60,000 nt of DNA. It comes from Vicugna vicugna (taxonomy: Eukaryota). Position 1 is the stretch's first letter. Every line of letters starts with the position of its first letter. Positions 46,103-57,508 of the stretch are shown piece by piece. A model generated the notes under the pieces. The model had not been told where the DNA came from, ran no database searches, and saw only the letters and a program-made list of their open reading frames with translations. The translations under genes were made by a program, and so were the position numbers. The stretch spans positions 3,135,576 through 3,195,575 of the forward strand of contig MU057887.1 of NCBI GenBank assembly GCA_013265495.1, given 5' to 3'.

Positions 46103-46256
46103 GAGACCCTCCTGCTCACTTCCAGCTCACTCTCCTGGAAAGCACCATCTCTCATGGTCTTTCGCCCTCCCACCTACCTGAGACCCTCCTGCTCACTTCC
46201 TGCTCACTCTCCTGGAAAGCACCATCTCTCATGGTCTTTCGCCCTCCCACCTGCCT
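46103..46256. repeat. 77-bp tandem duplication
   Basis: gagaccctcctgctcacttcc(a/t)gctcactctcctggaaagcaccatctctcatggtctttcgccctcccacct(a/g)cct at 46103 and 46180. Confidence 0.95.
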
Positions 46257-47486
46257 CGGGGGTCAGGCTCTCACCAGCTCCCGATGCCCCTCTGCCCCGG
46301 GGCTCCTGTTGGGTCCCCGCTGTCCATGACCCTGGTGTCCTGTGGGCTTCCTGCCACCTTCGCTGTGGGATGAAGCACAGAGCACTGGGGAGTTGTGCCT
46401 GGTCCTCTCGGCCCTCGGGGGCTCTGGAGGGGTGGTGGTGTGCGGGCAGGAAGCCTCTGCCATCTGGTTGAGCCCCTGGGCCCCTGAGCCCCTGGCTGGG
46501 CATTTCTGCAGGAGGTAGGCAGCTGAGAGGTTGGCAGGATCAGGGAGTGGTGGCCTCGATTCTGAACATCATATCTGGGACACTTGGAGATGGGACCGGA
46601 ACACCTTGGTCCTCCCAGAGGAATTCCCACCCCTCCTCCAGGGCCACACTCGCCCGGGGACCATGTGCTCCTGCCTTCAGCATCCTGCGGCTGGGGCCAG
46701 GCAACCGGGGCCTGCCCCTTACAGCTCAGAGCCGTCGACAGTATCCCCACACGTTGTCCCTCTGCTGCTCACCCTGCCCGGCCAGCCGCGCCCTTCACGC
46801 GGAAACCCCAACAAAGGCCGTTGGGAGGTGTGGGCAGGAGGGGTGTGGCTCGCCCCGCCCGAAGCCCAGCAGTGCAACCCCAGCACGCCCGCCGGCGGGG
46901 CCAAGCCGCATGCCGGCCAAATGGTTTCCCACAGATGAGCGAGGTCCTTCGTGATCCGCCCTGGGTCAGCAGTCCCCGGTCCTCTCAGCACAAAGTCAGC
47001 ACATGAATCAGCTCTCCAGGGCGTTGCCTCCTCCAGCCAAGAGACAGATTAAAAGAAGAAAACTACGGGCGGGGAGAAGCCAGGTGCCGCGGCCGCCCCC
47101 CACGGAGCCTTTGAAAACAGAACCGCTCGGGTTGGCGTTTGTTCCCGCATCAGCAGCAAAATCAGAGACACTAACGGCTCTCAGACACCCCCAGCAGAGG
47201 GACAGAGCTGCCTCAGAAGCGCTGCCAGAGCCCCCGGCCCAGCGGTGGGCGGGTTCAGGAGGAGGGGTCTCCGGCACCTGCAGTCCTGTAGGACGCCGCC
47301 AGCTTCTCTCCCCGGGGAGCAGCGAGGCCCACGGGGGCGCATTTGCACCGATGGCTTCATTCCCCCGCTTGCGGTGCACGTACTGGGAGCCGTGCTCCGA
47401 GCTGGGAGCGGTGGCGGCGGGGAGCCCGGCTGCCACGCACGAATCGGGCAGTGGATGGACAAGTGGCCAGGACAGCGGAGAGCGGT

Positions 47487-47818
47487 GCTGTCTCAGGACG
47501 CTCTAGCGGCTGAAACCAAATCCCGCAGACCGGGCGGCGGAAACCAGACGTTCATGTCTCACGGTCCTGGAGACCAGGGTGCCGGGCGGCTCATGTACGG
47601 TGAGAGCTCTTCCCTGGGTGTGGACGCCACCTTCATGCTGTGTCCTCACCTGAGGGGGACGGGGCCTTCCTCTTCTGCTGAGACACTAATCCCACACAGG
47701 CCCCTCTCTCGGCCTCATCCAACCTTGTCACCTCCCCAAGTCCCCGCCTCCTGATGCCACCACAAGGGGCCAGGACGTCAACACATGAACTTGTGGGGAC
47801 ACCACAGCCATTGAGACA
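47487..47818 (-). mobile_element. MLT1A/B-like MaLR LTR
   Basis: tctcacggtcctggagac, ctgtgtcctcacctg, gacactaatccca, tcacctccccaagtccccgcctcctgatgccaccaca, tcaacacatgaacttgtggggacac. Confidence 0.85.
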
Positions 47819-48204
47819 AACATGGCCAGATGGCCCCTTCGTGCACCTAGCCGCGTGAGGAATGAACAGGCCCAGGCGGGAGGGCCAGCATGGGGCGGGG
47901 GGCCCAGGTGGTTGACGGCTCCCTGCCTGGGGCTCAGGGCATTGACCCAGGGGTCAGGGTGGGACCAAACCTTGTCCTGATGTCGTTTCTGGAGCTCACA
48001 GCCAGACACGAGGCCCTGCCCACTGGCTGTGTCCCCAGAATGCAGGCCTCCTCTCCAAGGCTCTGTGGCCCCTCCTGTGAGTGACGCAGACACAGAAATG
48101 GGCTGGTTAAGGGGCTCCTCCGGGGGGGAAGGGAGGGGCAGCCTCAGCCTCTCAGCTCGGGGGACCCTGGGGACCCGGGCAGGATCTCTGTTCTACGAAG
48201 CCTG

Positions 48205-48340
48205 TTACACACTGGGACTGAATAACATCCCTCCAGACGCGGGTCAGCCAGCACCCGGATCTCAGACGTCCCCAGAGCATGAGTAATAAAGTGCTGCTGT
48301 CTGTAAGCCACCCGGTCTGCAGGGTTTTGTCACAGCCGCA
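48205..48340 (+). mobile_element. MLT1 LTR fragment (internally deleted)
   Basis: gggactgaataacatccctcca...cccagagcatgagtaataaagtgctgctgtctgtaagccacccggtctgcagggttttgtcacagc is the MLT1 3' end with polyA signal. Confidence 0.7.
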
Positions 48341-49172
48341 CCCCCACCCCCGACGGAAGGGAAGGTCCCTGACCTTTCCTACGTGTGCCTTCTCAGGACG
48401 TTGGGCGCATGGCCCCATGTATCCTGCAGGGTTCGTGGGTCCTCGGAGTGGCCTGAGCGCCCTCCCCTCTGGGCTGGGTGCCACCCCGGTTCTGTCGGTT
48501 CCGCCCCACTGGAACCTCCCGATGCCCGTGATTCAGACTCCTGCTGTCCCCTGATGCAGGGGCCCAGAGACACTGAGGGCGTCGAGCAGCTGAGCGCAGG
48601 GCTGAGGTGGTTCCCATGCCTGACAGGCCTGAGCTGCCCTCCTGTGCGGCGTCACCCTGGGACCACCTGAGCGGCAGGGGGAGGGCAGAGCCCACGTCCC
48701 ACCCCAGTCCACAGGCTGGGCCATGAGTGAACAGAGACCCGCAGCCAGTGTGGTAACTCGACAGGTCACTAGCAGCTCCACCTCAGTCCCTTCTGCTGGG
48801 GACTCAATCCATCCCCCCAGGAGATCTGACCTTGAGCCCTGGGGTCTGACCTCTGACCCCTGACCTCCCTTTTGAGGAGCAAAGATTCTGTGGCAGCAGC
48901 TGTCAGACCGCTGTCCCCCAGACGTCCTGCTCCTTCTGAACTGCTGAGCTGCAGGGAGGTCCCAGGCCTGATGGTGAGGGGAGGTGACCAGCTGCTGGGA
49001 CAGGGCAGCAGGCTCTGCTCTCCTGTTGCCCATAGGCCTTTAGTCTGAGGATGGGCTGAGCCCTCCTCTGGGCGTCTGTGGTCCTGGGGGAGCTCTGAGT
49101 GGCCCATCTCAGGACCCCAGCCTGTCTGCCTTGGACACTCCCGACCTTTCACCCCATCATCTCTGTGCATCC

Positions 49173-49810
49173 TGTTACAAAATTCAGGTCTGGCTGCTCA
49201 ACACTCAAAAGCCAATACTTGAGAGACAAGAGTTGGGAGGAAAGAAAAGGTTGCTTCACTCCAGAGGCCAGCAACCAGGGGAGAAGGCAGACACGTGTCC
49301 CAAAGCCAACGCCCCACTGCCAATTGCGGTCAAGTCTTTAAAGCAGAATTTGAGGGGCGTAAAGGTGGAGGGAGGCGCTATGTGCAGAGCAGCAGTCAGC
49401 TCATGCGATGGTCTGGTCAGCATCATCCTCATGCAGCTGGTCTTCAGCTCCAGGGCAGCTTGTCCCCCTGTCCCTGGGGCCAGTTCGGGGAACTGTGGCA
49501 GCTTCTGTCCCGGCTCCAGTCTGGTCATCACGTAGTTAACTTCTCTCTCCTGGCGGGGGTTTAGTACCTACAAGACTCAAAGCACACAGCTCAGAATTTG
49601 ATTTGAGGAGGAACCAGAGGTCCTTGACTTTGTTTAACAGCTAAATAACTATCGTTTTGTCTTGTTTGACCGTTTTCCTTTTTTCCTGCATTTTCTCACT
49701 GCTCTGATTAAACGTATTCTTTGGCTAGAGTTTTCCTGCAGACAAGCGGCAGGCAGAGGATGTGGGGGGGGGTCCGTCCTGGGACACCCCACGGGGCCCT
49801 GCTCCGCACA
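49173..49810 (-). mobile_element. ERV1-class (MER41-like) solo LTR, related to 40279-40889
   Basis: Starts tgttac (reverse complement of gtaaca). The reverse complement of ~49646-49680 (ggaaaacggtcaaacaagacaaaa) matches ggaaaacagtcaaacaagacaaaa at ~40427. TSD not clearly preserved. Confidence 0.82.
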
Positions 49811-52687
49811 GCCTCTGTGGCCACACTGGAGGTTTGGCCCAGTGACCAGGTGTGTCCATGTGTCTGAGCCCACGTAACCCTCAGCTGACACCGCCTCCCA
49901 CAGTTAAGGGCGGCGGCTGACCCTCATCTCACCTCCCGTCCAGTGTTCTACCTAGAAAATAAAATCACACGTGGAAAAAAGTTTTTAATTAACAGTCTTC
50001 ACTGGTCCCAAAACCAGTGGCCCTGCTTAGGGCTCAGTCTGAAACGCATTATGATGCTTATTGCTGTAATCAGCATCACTGTGATGGACAAAACAGGACC
50101 CCCCCCCCAAGCATGAGCATTTTGTCACGTGCTTAATCTCTGAACCTTATTTCATTCTGTTCTGCAGGAGAGTCTGGGAAGAGACCCGGGAGAGACGTCA
50201 CCAGGCAGGGTCCTCACCAGCTTCTCCTCTGCCGGCACCGTCGTCCCACGTCCCAGCCCGCAGGCACCTTCGCTTCCTTCAAAAAAAGGCAAATGGACGA
50301 CCTCTCTCGTCCCAGATTCTTTCCAGGTACTAGTGCATCTGTTGGCTCAGACACAGCAGGGGATGGCGGGGACACGGCGGGGACAGACTGGGCCCCTGGT
50401 CACCCTGCCTGCTCCTGGACACGGGAGGCAGCTCAGTCACAAGACGCTGCGCGTCTTCTGAGTGGCGCCCCAAGCTCACTTACACTTTTGCCAGCCTGTA
50501 AACCCAACCACAAAATGCGAATTTCACTTATTACCTAAACCCCTCTTTCTTCCAGAAACAGACCCCTTGTGCCTTAAAGGGCAGAAGTTCTTGGAACAGT
50601 CAAAACAAAAAGATAAGGGCCAAGACTGAGCGGGCGGGAGTGCGTGGTGGGAGGCGGGGCCCAGAGGAACACGCCTGAAGTTGGAGGCAGCGAGCGTCTC
50701 TGCGTCCCCAAGGAACAGACGCTCAGCGTAGGAGCCGCCAGCACGCCGCCGGGGCCAGGGTTGCGGGCGGGCGGCAGGGAAGGCGGGCCGCTCAGAGGGA
50801 GTCCCTCGCCGCCCAGGCTCTGGTGCTCGGGCCGCTCAGCGTCTCAAGAAACGGCATGTCCTGCAGAGCCCATTGGGATGCGGGGCCCTGACAGTGCCGA
50901 AGGGGCGGCTTTGCCTTTGGACGTGACTCTGCCCAGCACAGATGTAAGAAATGGGGATAATGAGGCATCTCTTAATAGAAATCAGGATTTCAAGCCAAGG
51001 GTGTTTATTGGGAATCAAAGATGGACTGAGAAGTGAGCTGGAGTCAGAGAAGTGAGACAGAGCAGGCCTCCGGGCCCAAAGCCCCCGCAAAAGGGAGCCA
51101 GACCATCTCAGTTAAATTGCTCAGAAAAGGATGTGGGGGCTCAAAGTCACCTGGTTCTAGTTTTAACCAGACAGACGGGGCCCCTGAAACTTGCAAAGAC
51201 GCGGAATTCTTGGGCTTGCCTGAGGGTTGAGGAAACACCACTCAGGCCCAGTGTGCGCCCGGACAACAGCCCTCCGATTGGCTATAAACCCTGCTGAAGT
51301 GGTTTTGATGCCTCGCAGGGTGGTTAATTCTTGCCTTCACTGGGAGGCAGGGCGGGGGTCTCCCTCATGTGTTTCCAACAGTTCGTGGTACGTGGGGCAC
51401 CTCCCAGCCACACAGCGAGATGACCCAGAATGAGGGAGGGGCAGCCCTGCCTGGGGTGAGGCAGCATCTGTCAGGCCCCCTTGTCCCCCCATGACTGAGC
51501 CGCCGCCCGGCCCCTCGTGCTCACTAAATCCGGCCCCTTTCTGAAGGACTCGTCCCTGTCCACCCGTCAGCCAGCTCCATGTGCAGCTGGAGGTCTCCAG
51601 GCCCTGAGCTCCACCTGCGAATCAGAGCCACACCAGGGGCCCTGGGTCTCTGCGCTGCCTGGCCCCGATCACAGACCAAACCCCCATTTACACATGGCCA
51701 GGCCGCCCCCCGGTGCTGGAGCGCAGCCACCCACAGCGCACGGCCCCCCATCCCCACGGCCACAGCGTGCGGGCCAGCACAGACGCGCCGGGTCCCTTCT
51801 CCTGCGGAGGACTCAGGGCCGGGCTCTCCACTGCAGCCCACCTGGCGGCTGTTCGGGCCTGGCTGGATCTGGTTCCTGTCGACCGGGAGCTGGTGGGACC
51901 CAGACAGCATGGCTTTCTGACCCCAAAAGGGAGCCTGAAGTCTAGCACTGCGACCTCACCAGCTGCTGGCCAGACTATCACACACAGCAGCTCAGGACGT
52001 GGTGGACGGACTGAGATCCGAGCACGGCTGAAGAACGGGATCTGAGTCCAACAGCATGCGGGGGGTGGAGGGGTCCCCCACTGGCTCCTAAGGAAGGGGA
52101 GTCCCTCTGAACACAGCTGGGACAGGCTGGCGGGACCCAGGGACACCCGGGGAGGGCTACAGACTTCGGTGACCTGACGGCCCATGACACGGAGACCCCA
52201 GGATGCATGACGAGAGGAGCCCAGACAGCTGGGAGTAGGTATGGTGACAAGCCCTCCGGCCAGGAAGGACTGTGGTGCACGCGCTTTGCTGGCCGGCTGG
52301 CTGGTCCGGCTGGGGCGAGCTGGCTGGCACCACAGGGCTGACATTGAAGGGTGACCTCTGCTTCCTGCAAAGGAACCCGATGCCCTTGACTCGGGCAGGC
52401 CAGCTTCACTCCCAGACATCTCCTGCCATCAGACCCGGGATGCAGGCACTGGCCAGGGCTGTGGGGACCTCGCTGAGTGAGGCATCTGTGGTGCAGCCCT
52501 ACCGAGGGGACAATGCTACCAGCACACGTACTTCTGTCCAGAATCTCAGCCTGAAGAATTGGCCCTGAAGACACGCCCACCACAAGGAATCCAGGCTGCT
52601 CATCACACCCCGGTCTGTGCGAGTGAGACCTGGGGGCGTCCGGTGTCTCAGAGCGGGCGGGGGGTGAGCAGCCAGCCAGAGAGCTGT

Positions 52688-52815
52688 GTGCACACACTCA
52701 CAGCCACATATCACACACCACGCACCACGTACACACACCAGGTACAGAGCCCCACAACCGTACACACACAACCACACCACACACTCACAGCCACACGCCA
52801 CACAGCACGTGTACA
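52688..52815. repeat. Degenerate (CA)n-rich simple repeat
   Basis: Direct inspection. Confidence 0.8.
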
Positions 52816-55800
52816 CGGGGAGGAAGGATGGGAGGAGGGGAGGCAGGGAGGCAGGAGGGAGGGGGTGGGGGAGGGAAGCAGGCAGCCTCTCTCCCCTGAA
52901 GAGCACACGGACGGTGATTTCTGCTGTTCTAATTGCAAAGCTGTGCAGCCCTGGGCAGAGGGGTCCCCAGCTCTGCTGGCGGGCGCCGCGGGGAGGAAGG
53001 TGCCTCCGTGGCTGGACTTCCGGGGCCCTGAGGGACGCAGGGCGGCTGTGATCGTGGCCTGAACCAGGCCCACCGTCTGCTCCCGGCTCCCGTGTGCTGG
53101 GGAGGAGTCTTTGGAGCCGCGAGTCTCACTGCCCTGGCGGGACAGCCAGCTTCTCACCCACGTGCGGTGCATGGAAGGGGGTGGCCGCGGAGAGGGGACA
53201 CGAGGAGGGGCTCAGGTGGGCCCCACATCAAGCAGGATGGGACACGCGGGAGACGTGCGGTTTCTGAGGACAGCACAGACGCCGGCCTGCAGGCAGCCGG
53301 CCGGAAAGTGCCGGGGAAGGAGCGGTCTAGACCAGAAAGCCCCCATCCAGAGTGGAGACGCGTTCCTTTTCCTTTGTTGAAAAAGGGACACACCACAGCC
53401 AACTGTCAAGGCTGGGACAGCAGACCTGGTGTGTGTCCCCAGAGCTCCCAGACCGGACCCGCTGATGAGACCGGAGCCCACTTAGGAACAGGCCACACAC
53501 AGAGCAGAAACCGGGGCTGGGAAGCCGGCTCCCGCCCGGCCACGGCCAGCCCGGCTGCTTCACTGGGTCTGTGCGTCCCCCGGCGCCCTGCTCGGTAAGC
53601 AGGCGACATTGTAAACAGCAGTATTAACTCGTTAGCCGGAGGCCAGGAGTCCCACAACTGCAGACACAGAGATGACATGCGGCATCCAGCAGAGAGGCCA
53701 TCTGGCTTGTCGCAGGTGTCCGGGCCACCTCTGCTCTGATGGCCTCGCTCGCCCGGCCCTCCGGGAACCAAGCAGCTGCAGCCACTCCACCTTGTCAGCA
53801 CGTCCGTCGCCCGGAACCCCTGCGGCCCGGGCCAGACGGGGCACCGCCGCCAGCCAGCACCTCGCCGCGCTGCTTTCTCTGAAGAAGCAGCCTCCCCATC
53901 GAGCGCCCTTCCCGACAAGATTTGCCCGGCGATCTCCGTGAGAAACGTCTGAGCCGTTCTCTGCAAATTCGTGTTTTTTCTCTTACACTGATGCAGAGCG
54001 CTCTTGCCAGGGCGCATCTTCTGGGACCTCAAGGGAAACCAGCACAACAGCACAGTTTCCCCGGGGTGGTGGACACTCCAGCCCCGAACCCCCTGCTGTC
54101 CCGGGTCCTCTCTTGTTTGCCGGGCAGTGCCCTTGTGTCCTCGGGGCCTCACCCCCAGCCCCGTCTCTGGGCTGAGGGCTCAGTCTCCTGGAGAGCCAGA
54201 CGCCGTCACTGACCAGCCCCCCGCTTCCCTCCAGCCCCAGAAGGAAGCCTGGACGTGGACTGTTGTCTCAGCCACTCTGCACTCGACATTTTAGTAAAAA
54301 GCTGGTGGGGGAGGGAGGTCCTCGTGTGCAAAGAGGCCCCCACATGAGCGGCGCCTCTGACCAGGGCAGGGCTGAGCCTGCCCCAGGGCTCTCTGGTTCC
54401 TGGCCGGGCGCCGGCTTGGCTGGGTGGTCTCGCCCAAACCACTGCCCCACCTGGCGGCCTCACCCAGCCGCCTGCCCTGGTGTCTCCATCAGTCCCCCTC
54501 CTTTATCCATGTCTGTTTCCTTGGGGCCCCTTCCTAGCACACCTGCCCCAAACTGACCGGGCACGACAGCCTTGGCCGCCCACACCCATGCCCTGCAGGC
54601 CACCGGCAGCCCAAGAGCCCACACAGACCCCACGTTTCCTGTAAGTCACTGGGCGTTGGGAAAGGACAGTCAGCGTGGTGACCTCGCCCTCCCCCGAAAG
54701 GACGCGCCACGGCCCTCCCTAGGCACTGACCCCGTCCCAGGCGTCTGTGACGTGATGGCTTCTGCAGGGGTCAGGACTGTGAGCCCCACGACCTGGAGGC
54801 GAGGAGGACAGGACAGAGGACCAGGAGCCTCCGGTCCCCCCTGCCCCGCGGCCAGAGGAAGAGGGTTGGAGCCGTCTCGCCCCAGGCTGAGGCGCCCCAG
54901 CCCGGCCCCGCCCACCACGCCCGCATTGTGAACACAAGAGGGACCACACACCCGGGCGCCAAGCGGCAGAGAAGGACCCGGAACAGAATCCTTTCATTCA
55001 GAGGAAGGAAACGTTCTTCGAAGGGCTGAGCAATGGCTCCCAAGAGGTGAGGGAGGCTGGCCGTGCCTCTCCGGAGCGGGGAGCAGGTGGGCCAGGTGGG
55101 GTCCTCAGCCGGCAGCCCCTGGGGAAGTGGCTCCAAACAGACTTGACGTCATGGGTTCTGATCGGGAGATGCAAGTTCGATTCCAAATGGACGTTTGACT
55201 GTGGGGAGGCGGGGTGGAGGCAACTGAAACCCCGGGGAGGGGCCACAGGAGGGACCGAAGCCGCCGCCTGGGGGCTGAGCTCCAGGGGGGGGCACACGAG
55301 GCGGTCCCCCTCCCTCACCTGCGGTGCCCACTCTGCTCCCGGAGGGACCAGGGACCAGATGGCCCACCTTTCCCGTGTCTGCTCACAGAGACCCCTTCAG
55401 CGCACACCTCCGCTCCAGCAAACTGGACTCCGACTGGAATTTGACTTTTTGTTCAGTTTTGTGTTTTCAAAACTCGCTCAAGCACATCCCCACTCCTCTT
55501 CCCCCTGACTCTTTGCCTGTGCTGTTGGCTCTGTCCCGGGCGACAGGCCTCGGGGGACAGTGTCTCCTGCTGCGTGTGGTCGCGCACAGTCAGGGCAAGC
55601 GTGGCTGCAGGGCTGGAGGCTCTGGGCTTTGATCCCGAAGGTGCAGACTCCAGAGCAAGTGTCCTCATTTGTGGAGAAGCCGTGCTCCCCTGGTCAGAGG
55701 GGACGGATGGGCGTTTGATAGCCTTTGGGGCTGCAGACTGGCCTCACAGAGCTGCATTCCTCTGCCTGCTGCTCCCGTCCCATGAGGAGGACAGTGGACG

Positions 55801-56269
55801 GGCCCCCCGCAGAGGCTGGGGCTGCCCCAGGGTTTGTCTGTGGGGGGATCCGGTCTCCCCTATGACTACGGGCTTCGGGGGCCGAGACAGGGTGGGTGGC
55901 AGAGCCCCTGAGCACAGATGCCTGGAGCGAGGGGCAGTGCAGGGCGGGCGACGAGGCGGGAGAGGCGGGCAGCGGTGAGGAGGGAGGCCCGCGTGGGCGA
56001 GGTCCAGGGTCCAGGCGAGGGGGGAGGCTGCCGGAGGGTCGTGAGCAGAGGGAAGTATCACTGAAGTTGCACTTCGTGAAGGAGCACCCTGCTTCCCATG
56101 GGGCCTGGGGCGAGGGAGGGACGACGAGGAGGCTCGGGAGACGTCCGTGTCCGAGTCCGAGAGGCGCTGTGGCTGGGGTGGGAGCAGGACAGGAGGAGAC
56201 CGGGACCTGGAGCCCCGGGCAGCAGAGATTGCCTGGAGGGCAGAGATGCGTTAACTTCAGACTCCGCAA

Positions 56270-56945
56270 CGTGAATATTGATGACGTTTATTTTAAGGCT
56301 ATGGGTGCCCTGGGAGCATCCCTTTGGCCAAGCGTCGTGTCCCGTGTGTCGTGAGGACGACTAACCGGAAGTGTGGGGCTCTCTGTGCACAAAAGTGACC
56401 ATAACAACGTCTCCTCGGCCAGCGACATGGACAAACACCGCTGATGTCTCTGACTCCGGAGGCCAGATCTCTGTCCGTCCGTCCGTCTGTGGTGGCCGCT
56501 ACATTCAGGGTTTGTCTCACTGCGTGTCAGACACGACGATGGCCTGGGCTTGGGCTTGGGTTTGGGTAATCCCTGTGAGCTCTGCGTGCTGGTGCACGTT
56601 CGTAAGGGCGCTGTCAGCGCTGGACCAGCGCCTGCGCCGACTGTGGGTGGGAAGCCGCGTCTGCGTGTGAACACGGCCCCTCACCTGCTCAGACGTGTGT
56701 ACTGGAGAGTCACCCGCGGGACACGCGGCAAGTGTTCACTTCCGCTGCGGGGGTCGTGCTCCGGTGCCGAGGCTTTTACTACAGTTTCATTTATATTTGT
56801 TTTTCCAAGTGGTTTTTACGGTTGTTCTGTGTGTTTTGCTATTTTATGACGTGCCATGTACATTTTTTTTTAAGTTTTATGAAACTCAGATCCTGTCCCT
56901 TGTCCGTGTGGAACATCCTTTTCTTCCTTTTTACTGCGTTGCTTG
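56270..56945 (-). mobile_element. Probable old L1ME fragments
   Basis: T-rich antisense L1 texture at 56770-56945 and degenerate 3' UTR-like motifs at 56280-56420. Confidence 0.4.
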
Positions 56946-57201
56946 AGCTCAACTTTGTCCGGTCCTAACAGGACCACAAGCTCTGTCACAAGCAGCCTGC
57001 AGGATATAAATTAGCAAACGGTCGCGTGGGCCTCCGGAAGCCGGGCTCCGAGCCCCCCACCCACGAGCCCCCCGGCTGCTTCCCCAGGTGCTGCCCAGGT
57101 TACCCGGCTGCAGAAGCTCCGTGGTTGGGGCAAGTCCCATCGAGTCCCATGTTTCCTGAACCTGCAGGTCACTGACACCTGCTGCCGCCGCCCCAGGTCC
57201 C

Positions 57202-57508
57202 TGCCGTGGATGCCCGCTTATGCCCCCAAAGCCCCTCTCTTGAGGTCCAGATCCCCGAGGGTGTTGGGAGGTGGGGCCCTCACGGTGGGATCAGTGTCCT
57301 TGTGCAAGACAGGGAGCTCTCCGCCCTCTCCCCACCGTGTGAGGACCTGGGGCTACAGCCCGCCGAGGCCGGGAGAGGGCTCTGGCCAGAAACCCCCTCT
57401 GGCGCCTGGTCCAGGATGTGCGGCCTCCCGGAGCGTGGGAAGCGAGCGCCAGTTGTCTGCAGGCCTCCAGGCTGCGGTGATTGGTTTTGGCAGCCTGGCT
57501 AAGGCGGC
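57202..57508 (+). mobile_element. MLT1A/B-like MaLR LTR, GC-shifted
   Basis: gggaggtggggccctcacggtgggatcagtgtccttgtg...ccaccgtgtgaggac...gagagggctctggccagaaacc...cggcctcccggagcgtggga...tggttttggcagcctggctaag. Confidence 0.85.

Noticed and set aside
51277..51288. ATTGG next to TATAAA as a core promoter
   Set aside because: The 1-bp spacing is incompatible with canonical CCAAT-TATA geometry, and no downstream exon is evident.
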